DNA from: Amoebophrya sp. A120
Taxonomy: Eukaryota > Protista > Dinoflagellata
Length of the DNA: 64,000 bases
Direction of reading: 5' to 3'
NCBI GenBank assembly: GCA_905178155.1
Contig: CAJINV010000005.1
Coordinates: 6,041,754 to 6,105,753 of the forward strand
In this document: piece by piece, positions 41,450-53,071 of the stretch
Layout of the letters: every line of letters begins with the position of its first letter
How positions within the stretch are numbered: position 1 is the first letter of the stretch
Notes under the pieces: model-generated
Databases searched by the model: none
The model's input: only the letters and a program-made list of their open reading frames with translations
Told to the model about the DNA's origin: nothing
Translations under genes and position numbers: made by a program

Positions 41450-44400
41450 TCATTTGATTCCCCTCAATTTTGCTGCTCCTCCACCGCCCATCTTCTTGCT
41501 GATTTCCGCGAAATCCCGGCAAGAAAAAACCTTTTGACAGCACATCGTGAACAGATTCCAGGTATCGACAGAAGAAGATGAATTTGAATCCTTGGTGCCT
41601 TGCAAGGTTAAGGTTTTAGTATTTGCCTTGCAGCACACCGGCTGGAGCATAAATTCCTCCCCCTCGGCACCGCAGAAAGGACAACATCTTCCATTTATTG
41701 CCGCCAGAACATCGTCGCTGATATTTTTGTCCAGAGCCACCTGCTCTTGCTCTTCGTCTTGCTCCACGTCAAAACTCGCGTGAAATAGCATGCGGTCCAT
41801 AGTGTTGGCGGCTTGGAGAAGTTCAAATGGGGGAATAGCATGCGAATTTTGCTCTGTCATGCGGGCAACCGATTCGAAGTGCGGCGGCGCCTGCTTCTCG
41901 TACTCCAGCCGGTTGAACAGGTAGTCATCTTGCTGCATGAAATCTGCGATGAAATCGATTGGTTTCGCGTCCCTGCATGACAAACTGCCTTCCACCTTTC
42001 CCGCTCCTCCTGCATGTGATGAAACTACTGGCTTGAAGAAATCTCTCCGCTTCCGCTTCTCCAAGTCGATTTTCTCGATGAACGTCCAGACTTCTTCGTC
42101 AACCGCCGAAATTGCGAGAAATTTAGAAGTTGTACTATTTCCGTCTTTATCATGTCCAGCATCTGCATCGCCCCTCGTCTGCTTCTCGAGAAAATCCAGA
42201 TCGATGTTCGACTTCAAATATCAAATGCAAGTATGTCTGGGTCTGGAAATTTGTGATGCTGGGTGGCGTATCATGAGAAGGCCACAAGTGCTGGCCCAGC
42301 ATGACAAGTTTTTGAGCTTTCAGGTGTTGCCTATTCTGCATGACAATCTGCGTTTCTGCATGACAGAAAAAGGGAGCTCTTGGGTAACGCGCATGACAGA
42401 TTTAAAACTCATGCCAGACAAGCATGACAAACAGCCATTCTTCCAGACCCAGACATTTTTGCATTTGATATCAAACAAGCCTGCACCTTCAGCTGAAACT
42501 TCGCAATTTCCTTTTTCTCTGCCATTGTCATTTTCAAATCCTTATCCTTCTGCCTCTCCCTCTTCCCCATGACCACCATCAACTGCTTCAGCGTCTGTTG
42601 CAGTTCCAGCATGGTTCTCGCGTAGCGGTGTTGTAATTGCAAGTTCTTCGTGTAGACCAAAGGGTGCCAAAAGCGGATTAACAAAACGACTCGGGCTTCG
42701 TTTGTGAAATTTTCCACCTCGTGCTCGAAGGAGTCGTCGAAAAGCAGGCATTTGGATTCCTTCCAACATTTCCAATAAGGTCCGACTCTTATGCGGCATA
42801 GAGGACCAGCCTTGTTATTGTTTTCGTTTTCCCCCTGATCTTTCGGCACCCGTATCCCCAAGTGGCACGTCAACCGTAAATTATTCGGCGCGCAGTGCGG
42901 TAAAATGTGCGACCCGGCGGATAATTCGGACAAGATGATTTCTCCGTACCCGTTTTCCGCCATTTCGACGAATTCCGGGATTAAATTCCGCAAGTACCGC
43001 CTCGTTTTGAACAGCGGACGGTTTCTGATGTAATCGTGGTTTTTCTTCAAAAAATTTTTCTTCGTTTCACAATCAAACAAAACGATCTCGCGCCATTTTC
43101 CGCCGGGTTTCAATACATCCCCGTCCTGCTGGCCGCCGGTGCGGTGGGAGCCGCCGACTTCGGCGTAGTGGCCTGGAAGCTGTTCGGCTTGTTTCTCCTC
43201 CACTTCAGCGCCCTCAACCTCCTGCATGGTCTGCCGGGTAAACACTAGAGCGTCCTTGTCGAAATTTCTTGCGTTGGAAATAGCAGCGGTCTTTGTGGAA
43301 GAATTGTTTTGTTTATCTTCCATCTCCTTTTCGTACTGCTCGAGCTCTTTCTTGATGAGTTTGTGCCCGTAATTTTCCAGGTCCTTGATCCAGTACTCGT
43401 TGGTTTGGGCGAGGAGGCTGTGCGGGTTCTTCCTGTCTTCGTCCCAGAAAGGCTTGGCGAAGATTTCTTCATCTTCGACGTGGCTGGCGGTCTGATCATG
43501 CTGCTCGTCCTCCCCTGCACAATAATTCTTGCCGCTGATACGCAGGTCCGAAGGACGAGCCTGCTGCAACCGTGGGAAGAGCACTCCAGGGCGCTGGTGG
43601 CCGAGCAAAAGGTTGGATTTCGAATGATAGGGAACCTCGGGTTCTTCTCTTGCAGCAGCACTTCCACCAAACACCAAGCGGTATCCAAGCTGCCCAATTT
43701 CGTAGGCGAAATCGTACGTTGGAGTTTTCGTACAATTTCTCGACGCCATTTGCCCTTTCGCCTCTTCAAAAATTCCGGCGAGCGTGAAGAAGTGCTGGAG
43801 GCCGAGAGGGAATGATGGTGGAGAGGCTGTAGAAATGGATTTGTCATGCTGGTCGCTCACCACTTGAGCAGCAGCAGCAGCAGCAGCTCCTGCAAAGCAA
43901 GAATTATGCTGAACCAGCCAGGCGATGCGGATCGCGTCGGTCAAAAGTAACAGGTTTATCGTGTGGGGCTTCAGAATAGAACTTAACCTCTTCTGGTCCT
44001 CTGCCGAGTAGTAGTCTGGTGTTTGTGTTTCAGTTTCGGTGGCGTCTTTTCCGTTTTCTTTGTTGAGATCATGCCCATGCCGCATGAGAAACAACTCATC
44101 CACTTTCTGCAGGACGTCGAGGCGTTCCGGATTGCTGCTGGCACTAGTCCCGTTCTTGCCCTGAACAGAATCAGCCACGATCAGGGCGTTTTCACTCTCA
44201 ATATTATCGGCGTTCTTGTCATGATGTCGTGCCATCTTCATCTCGAGATAAGCAATGAACTGTTTCTTGAAGCGAACCACTTCTGGCACCTCGTTCTCCG
44301 CCCAGCTGGTGTAGTTTTTAAAATTTCCCAAAAAGCGGCTCAACAGCCCGTCGGACAGGTCCTGGCTAGATAACCACAGAAGCCGCCTCATGAGGATCAG

Positions 44401-44952
44401 AAGCCTCGCTTCCTGGTGCATCATGGGGTCCTGGTTCAACATCTCCATCCGCGAGGAGGTTGGTTTGATGGTCTCATCGTCATGATTTTCTCCTGTAGGA
44501 GAGGAAGCCGAGACCACCAAGCTATTCAGTTCTTGATACAGTGCCTTGATCAAACCGTGCAACGCGGTGTCGCGCTCCGCCTGCCTTTTTCTTCTGCTAG
44601 CTTCCGACGAAGATTGGCCTGCCTGCGCTTGTAGCATTCTCATCTGCTGCTGTTGCTGCATTCTCAAAAGAAACGCCGTCCAGGCTTTCTCCGCAGTGAG
44701 GGACAGGAGATGTTGTACAGCTTCTTCTTGGGACTCTACTTTCTTGATGTCAACAGGAGCTGCACCTTGCCTGCCAGCAGCAAAAGCTTGTGATGCTGCT
44801 AATGCAGCTCCTGTATTTCCAACTTGCGGAAAGTAGTGCCGCGCCCATTCTGGGTCCCGGGTGAGGTGTTGCCAGGCCAGGTGTTGTTTTTCCCAACCTT
44901 GCTTGCCAGAAGATGGCGCTGGGAGACTCGCGCTGTGAGCAGAGAGAGGCAT
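41450..44952 (-). CDS. Aspartyl/asparaginyl beta-hydroxylase domain-containing 2OG-Fe(II) oxygenase with a Cys-rich C-terminal extension
   Basis: LSAGSHILPHCAPNNLRLTCHLGIRVP...CRIRVG..WKESKCLLFDDSFEHEV..ARVVLLIRFWHP is the Asp_Arg_Hydrox pattern. Joined to ORF 41450-42217 by removing one introner. Start codon is tentative. Confidence 0.82.
42219..42470. mobile_element. Introner family C
   Basis: DR tcaaa; junction ACLKSNID. Confidence 0.9.
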
Positions 44953-47457
44953 CTTTTTTTTGTGTCGGCTGTAATGGGCGTCAGAAGGTACAAAATAGAT
45001 TCCGACTCCCCTCGATGAGTCTGAGTGTGAATGTCTATGCCGGCTCTCCTGCTTATTGCAGCGATTGAAATTGATCCATGATATACAACCGACGTCTTCG
45101 TCTTGCTAAGCAAACAAGTAAGAAAATAGCTCCTGCAGATCTTTGAGGAGAAAAAATATCATGTTTATGTTACTTGATGTTCTCGAAGAAGATCCAGATC
45201 TTCATCTTTCTTCTGCCATGCCCATGATCCTCTGCCGCGTATTAAAGGACTACTTTCACTCGCATAAAGATCTTTATGTATTACTTCTAGCTCGGAGCAG
45301 GAGCGATTTCCAATCTATTAATTTTCCAATCGGAGGCGATCGCAGCAACTTGAACTTGGGAAGAAGATGAACTCATGATCAATGACAATGTGACGATCAC
45401 CATCTGTTTCAACATTCTGTAGGAGCCACTTTGCTGCAGCACTTTAGCTGCATGATGATCCTCCGTCCACGACGTTTTTGTTTGCCTCTCGATCTGTGGC
45501 TAGTACTCGACGCTCACCGTGATCTCTGGCTCTTGTTCTCCTGCTCCTGAAAGATGAAGCCACTTGGTCCTCTAGAAGGCACAAGAACATTTTTACACAC
45601 CATGCGCATCGCCACTCAGGTAGGCGGGCCCAGAAGGCGCTTCAAGGTTTCATTTTTTCGCATTTTCATCGTGCAAGGGGACGCGCGGGCTTCGCGAACT
45701 TTTGTTTTTTGTTTGTTTTTTCGCAAGAAAAGAAAGCGAGACGTCGAAGGCAAAAAAGGAAGCAATTGTGTTCTTCTATTGGTTCGCGTGGACGATTCTT
45801 ATTCTGTCGTTCTAGAAGTTAATGTTAAAGTTTGGCGGGTGCATTTTTTGAATTTAGTTCTTGATGTTACTAGCAGATTTGGATAGTGGAAACTTTCACA
45901 TGATAGCGTATCTTTTTGACTTTCTAACAACGGAATTTGCAGCTCGGTATCAAAACTCGTTCTTCATTCACGCGGGTGCGGGATTTTTTCTCGGATAACT
46001 CAGAAACATCTCGTAAAAATGGGAACAGGGGCTGCACGACTTGAAATATCTCTCTTCTCGTGCTAAAACTAAGGGTTAGACCACTCAAACGTAAAGGTGG
46101 ATTATCTTCTCTTCATCTAGTACTCTCTTGTCACTCTCACTCTTCTTGCTGTAATATCTTGTTCTGTGAGGCTTTTATTTATGTCATTCTAACGAGCAAA
46201 CTAGCTCGTCTAGCGAAAAAGAAAAACGAAAATCATACGTAAGAAGGGCAGATCCTGGCTTTGATTTTCATCAGAGAGTGATTCCTACGAAAACTTTAAT
46301 TTCTACGAAATTTGCGGTTGGAAGTCTCCGCTGAGGTAAAAAAAGCGTGCAAGGAGCGGGCGACCCGTTCCTCTCTCAATCAATCCCGGATTAGCAACAA
46401 CCGGGGTTGCACAGGTCAACACCGCAGACCTATCATATTGAAAAGCGCCCTACTCCTAGTACCGTCTCCGTCAGAAATACCAGAAACCAATATTATATTC
46501 TGTTTCTAGATGCAAATTAATTTGCAGCGAATAAAAACGGAACTTTATTATCTTGCATGAAGAAACTCAAACTAGGATTGCATCCTCAAAGCATCTCAAT
46601 CTCTTACATATACAAGCCCAGCTGTTGTTGCGGGGAGGTGTTTCGGCAACACAGTAGATTTTTTGGGCCACCTATTTTTTTGTCCTGAGGACGAATCACG
46701 AAATTTACACAAAGTACGAGTTGGACGATAACGAAATTTACACAAATTACGAAGGAGCACGACCAGGTGTTGAACGAAACAGATTGTGATTGAAGTAAGA
46801 AGAAAGCAGCGGAAATCTTGCTTCTCGCGATTACGAATCTTTCTATCTTTCGAACAACTGCCTGTTGCCCGAAAGGCAAAGGACCCCGACCAATAGCCCA
46901 CATTAAAGAACGTCGCACAGGGTCTAAATAATCAAGCATACTCATCCTGCGTGCTGGGGTTTCCGCAAAAATCGTTTTCGTTTCTGCACTGGGCCTAAGC
47001 CAATGATCTTTTCGACGAGTTCTGTTTCTTTTTTGTATAAAGTGAATCCAAATCCTTTGAGAGTCGTGTGAGCGGATAAAGAATTTGACGCTGGCAAAAT
47101 GCAATGCTGTGCTTCTGGTTTTAGGGGGTGAAACGGGGGAGAAAGTATGCGCTAAAATCGAAGGAAATCTTCATGAACTATCAAAATTATAAAGGAGCAG
47201 GCAGGGGTTCTGCCTCTCCTGCACGACATGCTCTGTTCAAGAACATAGACATAATTACATTTGATGAAGCACTAGCACTTTGTTCTGCCTCTAGTATTAT
47301 CGGGACCACGTGTATGTATCGTACAAGTACGTCTTTCTTTTTTGTAAATAAATCGAAATCCTTTTTTGTATAAAGAGAAACAATTCCTACCCGATGTTGA
47401 AAGCGGGCGCCGGGATGCAGGTTCCGTCGCCGGGATTTATGCACGTTTGTTCCTTGT

Positions 47458-49950
47458 CTAATTGACGACCGCCGGTATGCATGTGTTGTCGTCGGCATTG
47501 TACTATCAACTGCAAAAATGTCTGGGTCTGGAAACTTGTGATGCAAGAAAGGGAGTAGTGAACTCACTATAATGCGCTGCCAAGCATGACAAGTTTCTTC
47601 CATGGCTCTGAGTTGCGTACTCCGCATGAGAAACCGCGTTTTTGCATGACAGGGAGGAGGAGCTCTTCGCGGCCATGCAACGGAGAGCTCAGAGTCATGC
47701 CAGACAAGCATGACAAATCTCGCAATCTCCCAGACCCAGACATTTTTGCATTTGATATGTACTGGCACGCGCCACCGGACTCTTGCACGCACTATACCTG
47801 GGAAAGAAATATGTCTGGGTCCTCTGGAAGATGAGAAGTGCAAGGCTCTTTGTCAACATGATCGATGGTCAACTACATGATCTCGTGGTGGACCACACAG
47901 CTGGTCGGGAATGGACACAGAAGCATGATCACAGGTTATTTTTCTGCTCGAGCTTCCGAGTAAAATCAAACTAGGAACCCTAAACGACCTAAACCCTGAA
48001 ACCCTGGGAGAACCGGCCGCGACGGACGCCCATCTTGCCACGTGCGTCCCTACATGCATAGTTTTTTGAAAAAGAAAAGCAAAAAGAGAAGGATGAAGAA
48101 AAAAATCGAGCGAGGCGAGCGAATCTCTCGGCGGCCTATGAAGGACAATCCAGTGGCCAGCCGGAAGTCCAACACAGTAGGGCTTCAGCTGCGCTGGCTC
48201 TAAACCTGTACATAGTACAGACCTACGTACGTATGCGCCACACCTTCTCTCATCCGAGTACAAGACTCGTCCGAAGCTCAAGCAAAGCGAGAAAAAAGAA
48301 AGACGCAAGCGAGGCGCGATTCTACTCGGGCATGCGAATCAGGTAGAAGAAGGAAACCGAAAAAGGCGAGCTTGTCCGAGGACCGAAAAGGCATATCTCA
48401 TCCTCACAAAGCCGAAACTCAAATCCCTCGGCTTCACAAGGCACATGTAAACGAGCACGAACAAGACGACGACTGCGATCAGCCCAAAGGCGAGACGTTT
48501 TCTGCTCGAGCTTCCTAGTAAAAATGCCTATAATCGTCCCGCATGATGAGAAAGAGAAATTCGCCCATTACGCGTAGCAAGGCAGTACCATAATTACGCA
48601 AGAAGATTTTCGGCGCTCATCATGCAACACAGATTTATTCATTTTTGAACGGTCCAGCAGACGCAGCGAGCATGACCAAAAGTTGCATCCTTCGAGAAGA
48701 TCCAGCCATCATATGTGCAATTTGCATATGCAGCCCATATTGACGGGATCATATTTTTGCTCCAGCGCGGCGCAGTCCATGCACTGCTTCGCGTCAAAGT
48801 CCCACTTCCAACTTCCGTAGTTGGCGGGGTCCATTTTCAACGGTTGGTCTGACCAAGCACACTTTTGCTCGGTCGCAGCATTGCACGCATCCTTGTCTGC
48901 CAACTGGCGGCACGCGGTGCTTTGTCTGTCCCCGCCGCCGCCGGCCGAACCCTCTCCATCCGTTATCAAAATGAAAAATGATCCCCCCTCCCCATATCAT
49001 GCTGGATCTGTGTACACAAATGCGCTTTGTATTGCAGGAAGGCACTGCGGCCAGATACCCAGCCTAAGCAGAGGCGTCTGGGTCTAGTTGTTCAGCATGG
49101 CAAACGGCTCCCCTTTAGGCCAAACAGCATGACAAACGGCTTCCATAATGGGGCGGCAGCTTCTGCCCTTGTCTTCTTGCAACACAAATGTGATCTGTGG
49201 CCTCAAATCAGCAACACAAATATTCGGAAACGTACCTTTTCAATATGGGGAGGGGGAGTTTTTCCTTTCGATATCCGCAGGGGCTCCGCTACTCGGCTCC
49301 CGCGGTGGTTCCTCGGCGCCGGCGCCCGCCGTGCTCCCGGTTCCCCCGTGGCTTGAACCTCCCGCGTGGTCGCGAGTGTCAGTCGTCGTCGAATTGCTCG
49401 AGGCGCCGGATGAATCCGTACTATCACCGGAGCAACCAACCTTTTAATATCCAGTGCAAAAGTATCGCTCTCGTACTAATTGCACTTATGCATCCCGTTC
49501 CCAAGCAAGGTATTAAATCAGCATGACAAATTCCAACTGTCATCATGCTGAGCGAATTTGTATTGCAATCACTACTAGTACGATGCTTTTGCAGTGCATA
49601 GCTTTTCCTTCTTGGCGAAAACCTTCTGCAAGAAAGCCTTTTTTCCGGACGGGCGAACATGCTGGTTCAACGAGGACATGGAGCTTTGTCCTTGCTTCAA
49701 AGGACGAGGGACGACCGGGACGGCGTGGCGCCCGTTGTGCTTGTGCGCAGACACCACCTGATGTGTGTGTTGAGTAAGTAGTTAGTTTAATGTTGGGGAT
49801 GAGATTAAGATGACCAAGAAGGGGCGATCTACAAAATTTTTATTTTGTCCCCGCGTGTAGTAGTGCTTGAAAGGGGATCGGGATTGAGGTTGACAGTAAG
49901 CGTATGCGTAGCGCACAACAAATTGCAAAAGCCAAAGTTCTCGTCCTCAT
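47458..49950 (-). CDS. Small secreted protein with a G/S-rich linker and Cys-rich C-terminus (reconstructed)
   Basis: Signal-like MRTRTLAFAICC|VVSAH across a putative GC-AG intron (49758-49914). Removing four introners gives ...ACRQLADKDACNAATEQKCAW...CMDCAALEQKYDPVNMGCVQESGGACQYNADDNTCIPAVVN*. Confidence 0.6.
47504..47757. mobile_element. Introner family C
   Basis: Family C TIRs; DR tgtac; junction CQYNAD. Confidence 0.9.
47793..48728. mobile_element. Enlarged, degenerate family-C-like introner carrying a nested insert
   Basis: Left end tatacctgggaaagaaatatgtctgggtcctctggaag; right end cttcgagaagatccagccatcatatgtgcaatttgcata; DR cgcac/tgcag; removal restores the frame. Confidence 0.6.
47940..48523. 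mobile_element. Nested insertion flanked by about 26-bp direct repeats, with telomere-like repeats at one end
   Basis: ttttctgctcgagcttcc(g/t)agtaaaa at about 47940 and 48498; aaccctaaacgacctaaaccctgaaaccct at 47976-48005. Confidence 0.6.
48964..49273. mobile_element. Introner family I
   Basis: tatcaaaatgaaaaatgatcccccctccccatat / atatggggagggggagtttttcctttcgata; DR tccgt/tccgc; junction PADGEG. Confidence 0.85.
49448..49600. mobile_element. Introner family A
   Basis: Family A TIRs; imperfect DR ccttt/gcttt with 3 extra bases on the left. Confidence 0.8.
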
Positions 49951-51356
49951 GTTGTTGCAGTTGCTTTCACACAGGCACCAACAGGAGCTACTACAACCGC
50001 TCATACTACAACTCATCTACCCTCTGGAAACATCATCATCCTCCGGATTTTTATGCAGTGCCGGCCCTGGTAGTGAGAACTGAAAGACTTACAACTAGTG
50101 CGCTTTTCCTTCTTTTCTACAACTACAGCACGACTGTACTACCTGGTGCGGCCCTTGCAACGGCGCACAGGCTCCTGCGATGAGGAACGACCGGGCTGCG
50201 AGCGACATGTTGGGAAGGACAGGAGGGGAGAGAAGAAAATGCAGTCTACTTTGTCTCCTGATTCACTGGTTGTTTTTCACCGAGCCTCTTTTACTACTTG
50301 GCTATCTAGCTTTTGCCTCTACCAAACGGCGTCGAGTGAACTTCAACGTGTCTGGTACGTACTGCTCGTCGAGTGGAAACTTAAAATTCCGGGGTGTGGT
50401 ACAACTAGTAAGTACTGCAATAATTATTCCTGGGTAGAAGATGAGGAAGCAAATCTACTTAAAATTCTTCACTTTTATCCTTTTCGTGCCGTAGCGGAGA
50501 TTCGAATTATTCCGGGACGAAAGCACGAAGTTGCAATAGCCGAAAGTTTCACGACACGTTGATGTAAAACGCTTTTTCATTTGGACGAGTCCCACTTTTG
50601 GTTTTGATGTCATCGAAGCTAACAACATAATTTTAGGCCAGACAGGCAGAAACTGAAACGAACGTGTTTCTTTGATCAAGACGCGACGTTCGTAAAACCG
50701 ATACCGAAGGTGTGGGTCAGGAGCTGCAACAGACACGACTTCTTCGCCCACCTTAACCGAACTGGCCACCGAGGCGCCGCCAATGGTAAGTTATTTCCAA
50801 CAACCGCCGCCTTGATGACAGCATCATCATCGCGCGCGTGAAAGAGTCCTCAAGGTAATGTCTTTCTTTTGCAGTCAACATGCGAAACAAAAAGGACGAT
50901 CTTTTCGACGAGTTGCTCTTACTTAATATTACGGTTGAATTTTTGAAAAAGAAAAGTGGAACATGAAAAAGTAAAAAATTATACGCATGGATCTTTTCTG
51001 TGTGTTGGCGAAACGGGGAAGTAATAGTACTAGTATATGTACTGGAAGTCGATAAACTACATAAAACCTGTATGATGAAGTATGAATACTGTTCATGAGT
51101 AGGCAGCGGAACTGCACGACAAAACGCACTCTTGCATAGCAGTAAAAATGAGTTCATATCGGAATCGGGGTCATGCTGCTCGGAAAAAAAAACGTAGTGT
51201 GGAATGATTTCATCGGAGCGTTCACGTTGTGCTTGTGGTGCTGCGCTTAGAAAGTACGTAAGTAGCAGCTACCAGGAGAGACAAATGCCCCTTCTCACTC
51301 GCGGCCGTCACTTCTGATCTCACGCCGCCGCCTTCCCCTCTAGAATTTCCACGGCA
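49615..51356. repeat. Segmental duplication copy 1 (gene 5' end + intergenic region + gene 3' end)
   Basis: Aligns by eye with about 52670-54436 over 49615-50700 and 51175-51356; the middle part is not obviously alignable. Confidence 0.85.
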
Positions 51357-53071
51357 GCACTGATTTTAATATTTGGGAGCTCATTTTCCAAACTTGTCGT
51401 ATCGTTGTACTCCGTCGCCTTATTGTCCGCCCCGTAACCGAATATGACGGGCATGAGTCGCTCGACAACGTGGGCGCACTCGCTTCCGAAGCTATCACCG
51501 GCCGAGCATTCCTGGCCCACCTCCCGGTAGAGTTCCTTCTTCCTCTGCAGCAGGAGGACGCTCGTGGTGGACTGGGCGCCGTTCATTCCCGAGAAGTAGG
51601 TCCCGACCTCTTCCCAGGCCGGCTCCCGGATCCACGATTCGTACCAGGAGCGCAAGTTCATCGGCATCGGATCCACGATCGTACCGTTCGGCGACACCGG
51701 GGGACGAAACCGGGCCCGGGCCATCTTATGTCCGTTGTACTCCGCGATGGAAAAGGAGCCTGCATCGGCCAAATACCCAACAGGTTCCCAATGCGCCGAC
51801 GGAAAATTGTAGTGATTGAAGTAGGCCCGCGACTTCCCCACCGAGAGCGGATCCTGGCGAAAGGCGTTCCGAATTGTGTTAATTCGCTCCTTGTGGTGGT
51901 TGAAACAGGGAAACGGCAGGTAATGCAGACGGAGATAAGGCGACGCGCTTGCAGATCTGTTACGAGCAACTTCTTGCTCTTCGTCCACGGTGATAGCGCT
52001 TGGTCCCAATTGCTCCGAAGGTGAAGTCTGCAGAGGGTACAGTGCCTGGATCTCGTCGTACTTTTCGTACGTGTAATTTGCAAAGGACGCCATCTCGCGA
52101 CCGAGATTCGGCTGCTCCGTGCAGACGACCCGTCCGCCGCCGCTCCAGCGCGTAGCGGTGACGTCACTGCGGCCCGCCCAAAACCGCCCCGCCTGTGTCC
52201 CGACAAAGTGGTCGCAGGGCCCGCCTTGGCGGAATTTCGCTGCTGACAGGTGCCTCAGTGCGGTCGAGGTCGTTGAAGCTGTGGCCGCAGTCTCAGGCCC
52301 TAGTAAAAAATCATCGTCCTTCATGAGCAAATGCAGCTGGCAGCTCATGTTTTCCGTCTCCTCCAGTAGTTGTATGAGTTCCCGCTTCGCTGACTCCGAG
52401 TAAAAGTCGTCGACATAGAACGCAACAATCAGCCAGCACGGGTACAGCTTCTTCTGCGGTGCCGGGAGCAAAGTAGCAGTGGCATTAGAAATACTTGCAC
52501 TGGTCCTACTTTTCGCTGCGTGTCGTGACCCTACCGATTCTTGCTCCGGCGCAAGTCGTCCCCGGCCTGAAGATAATTCTAGTACGGTTTCGTTCGCCGC
52601 GGCGCGACCACCAGCAGTAGTTGTACCATGACGACCAGCGGAACGACCCGAAAATGAAACTCGTTTCTTCGCGAAAAACTTCTGCAAGAACGCGACAGGC
52701 TTTATTTCGTTTTTGTTTCCCGAGGCGGGGGGGGGGCGCGCTTCGTGGTCCCAACGGGCCACGTCGCTTGTGCTGTACTAGCGTAGACGAAGTTGTCGTG
52801 GAGCCTTGTCCTTGCTTCAAAGGAGAGACGACCGGGAGGACGCGGCCCTTCTTGTTGACCCTGTGCGCAGACACAACCTGATGTGTGTGTGTGTGTTAAG
52901 TAAGTACTATGGTCTTAGTTTAATGTTGGGGCTAAGAGAAGGGTCGATTTACAAAGTTTTTAATTTGTTCTCGCGTGTACATAGTAGTGCTTGAAGGGGG
53001 ATCGGGATTGACGTTGGCAGTAAGTGTATGTGTAGCGCACAACAAATTGCAAAAGCCAACGTTCTCCTCAT
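51320..53071 (-). CDS. Secreted DUF3431-like protein; apparent frameshift in a G10 run (possible pseudogene or sequencing error)
   Basis: PNLGREMASFANYTYEKYDEI and HVVERLMPVIFG match DUF3431 motifs. Exon 1 MRRTLAFAICC, putative GC-AG intron 52878-53038, frame changes at 52727-52736. Confidence 0.65.

Noticed and set aside
46300-47104. Possible small minus-strand gene (ORF 46604-47104)
   Set aside because: No recognisable motif, it contains a local repeat (acgaaatttacacaaa twice), and I could not build a convincing exon structure.
47853-48308. 151-aa ORF in the nested insert as a transposase or reverse transcriptase
   Set aside because: No DDE, RT or endonuclease motif is visible.
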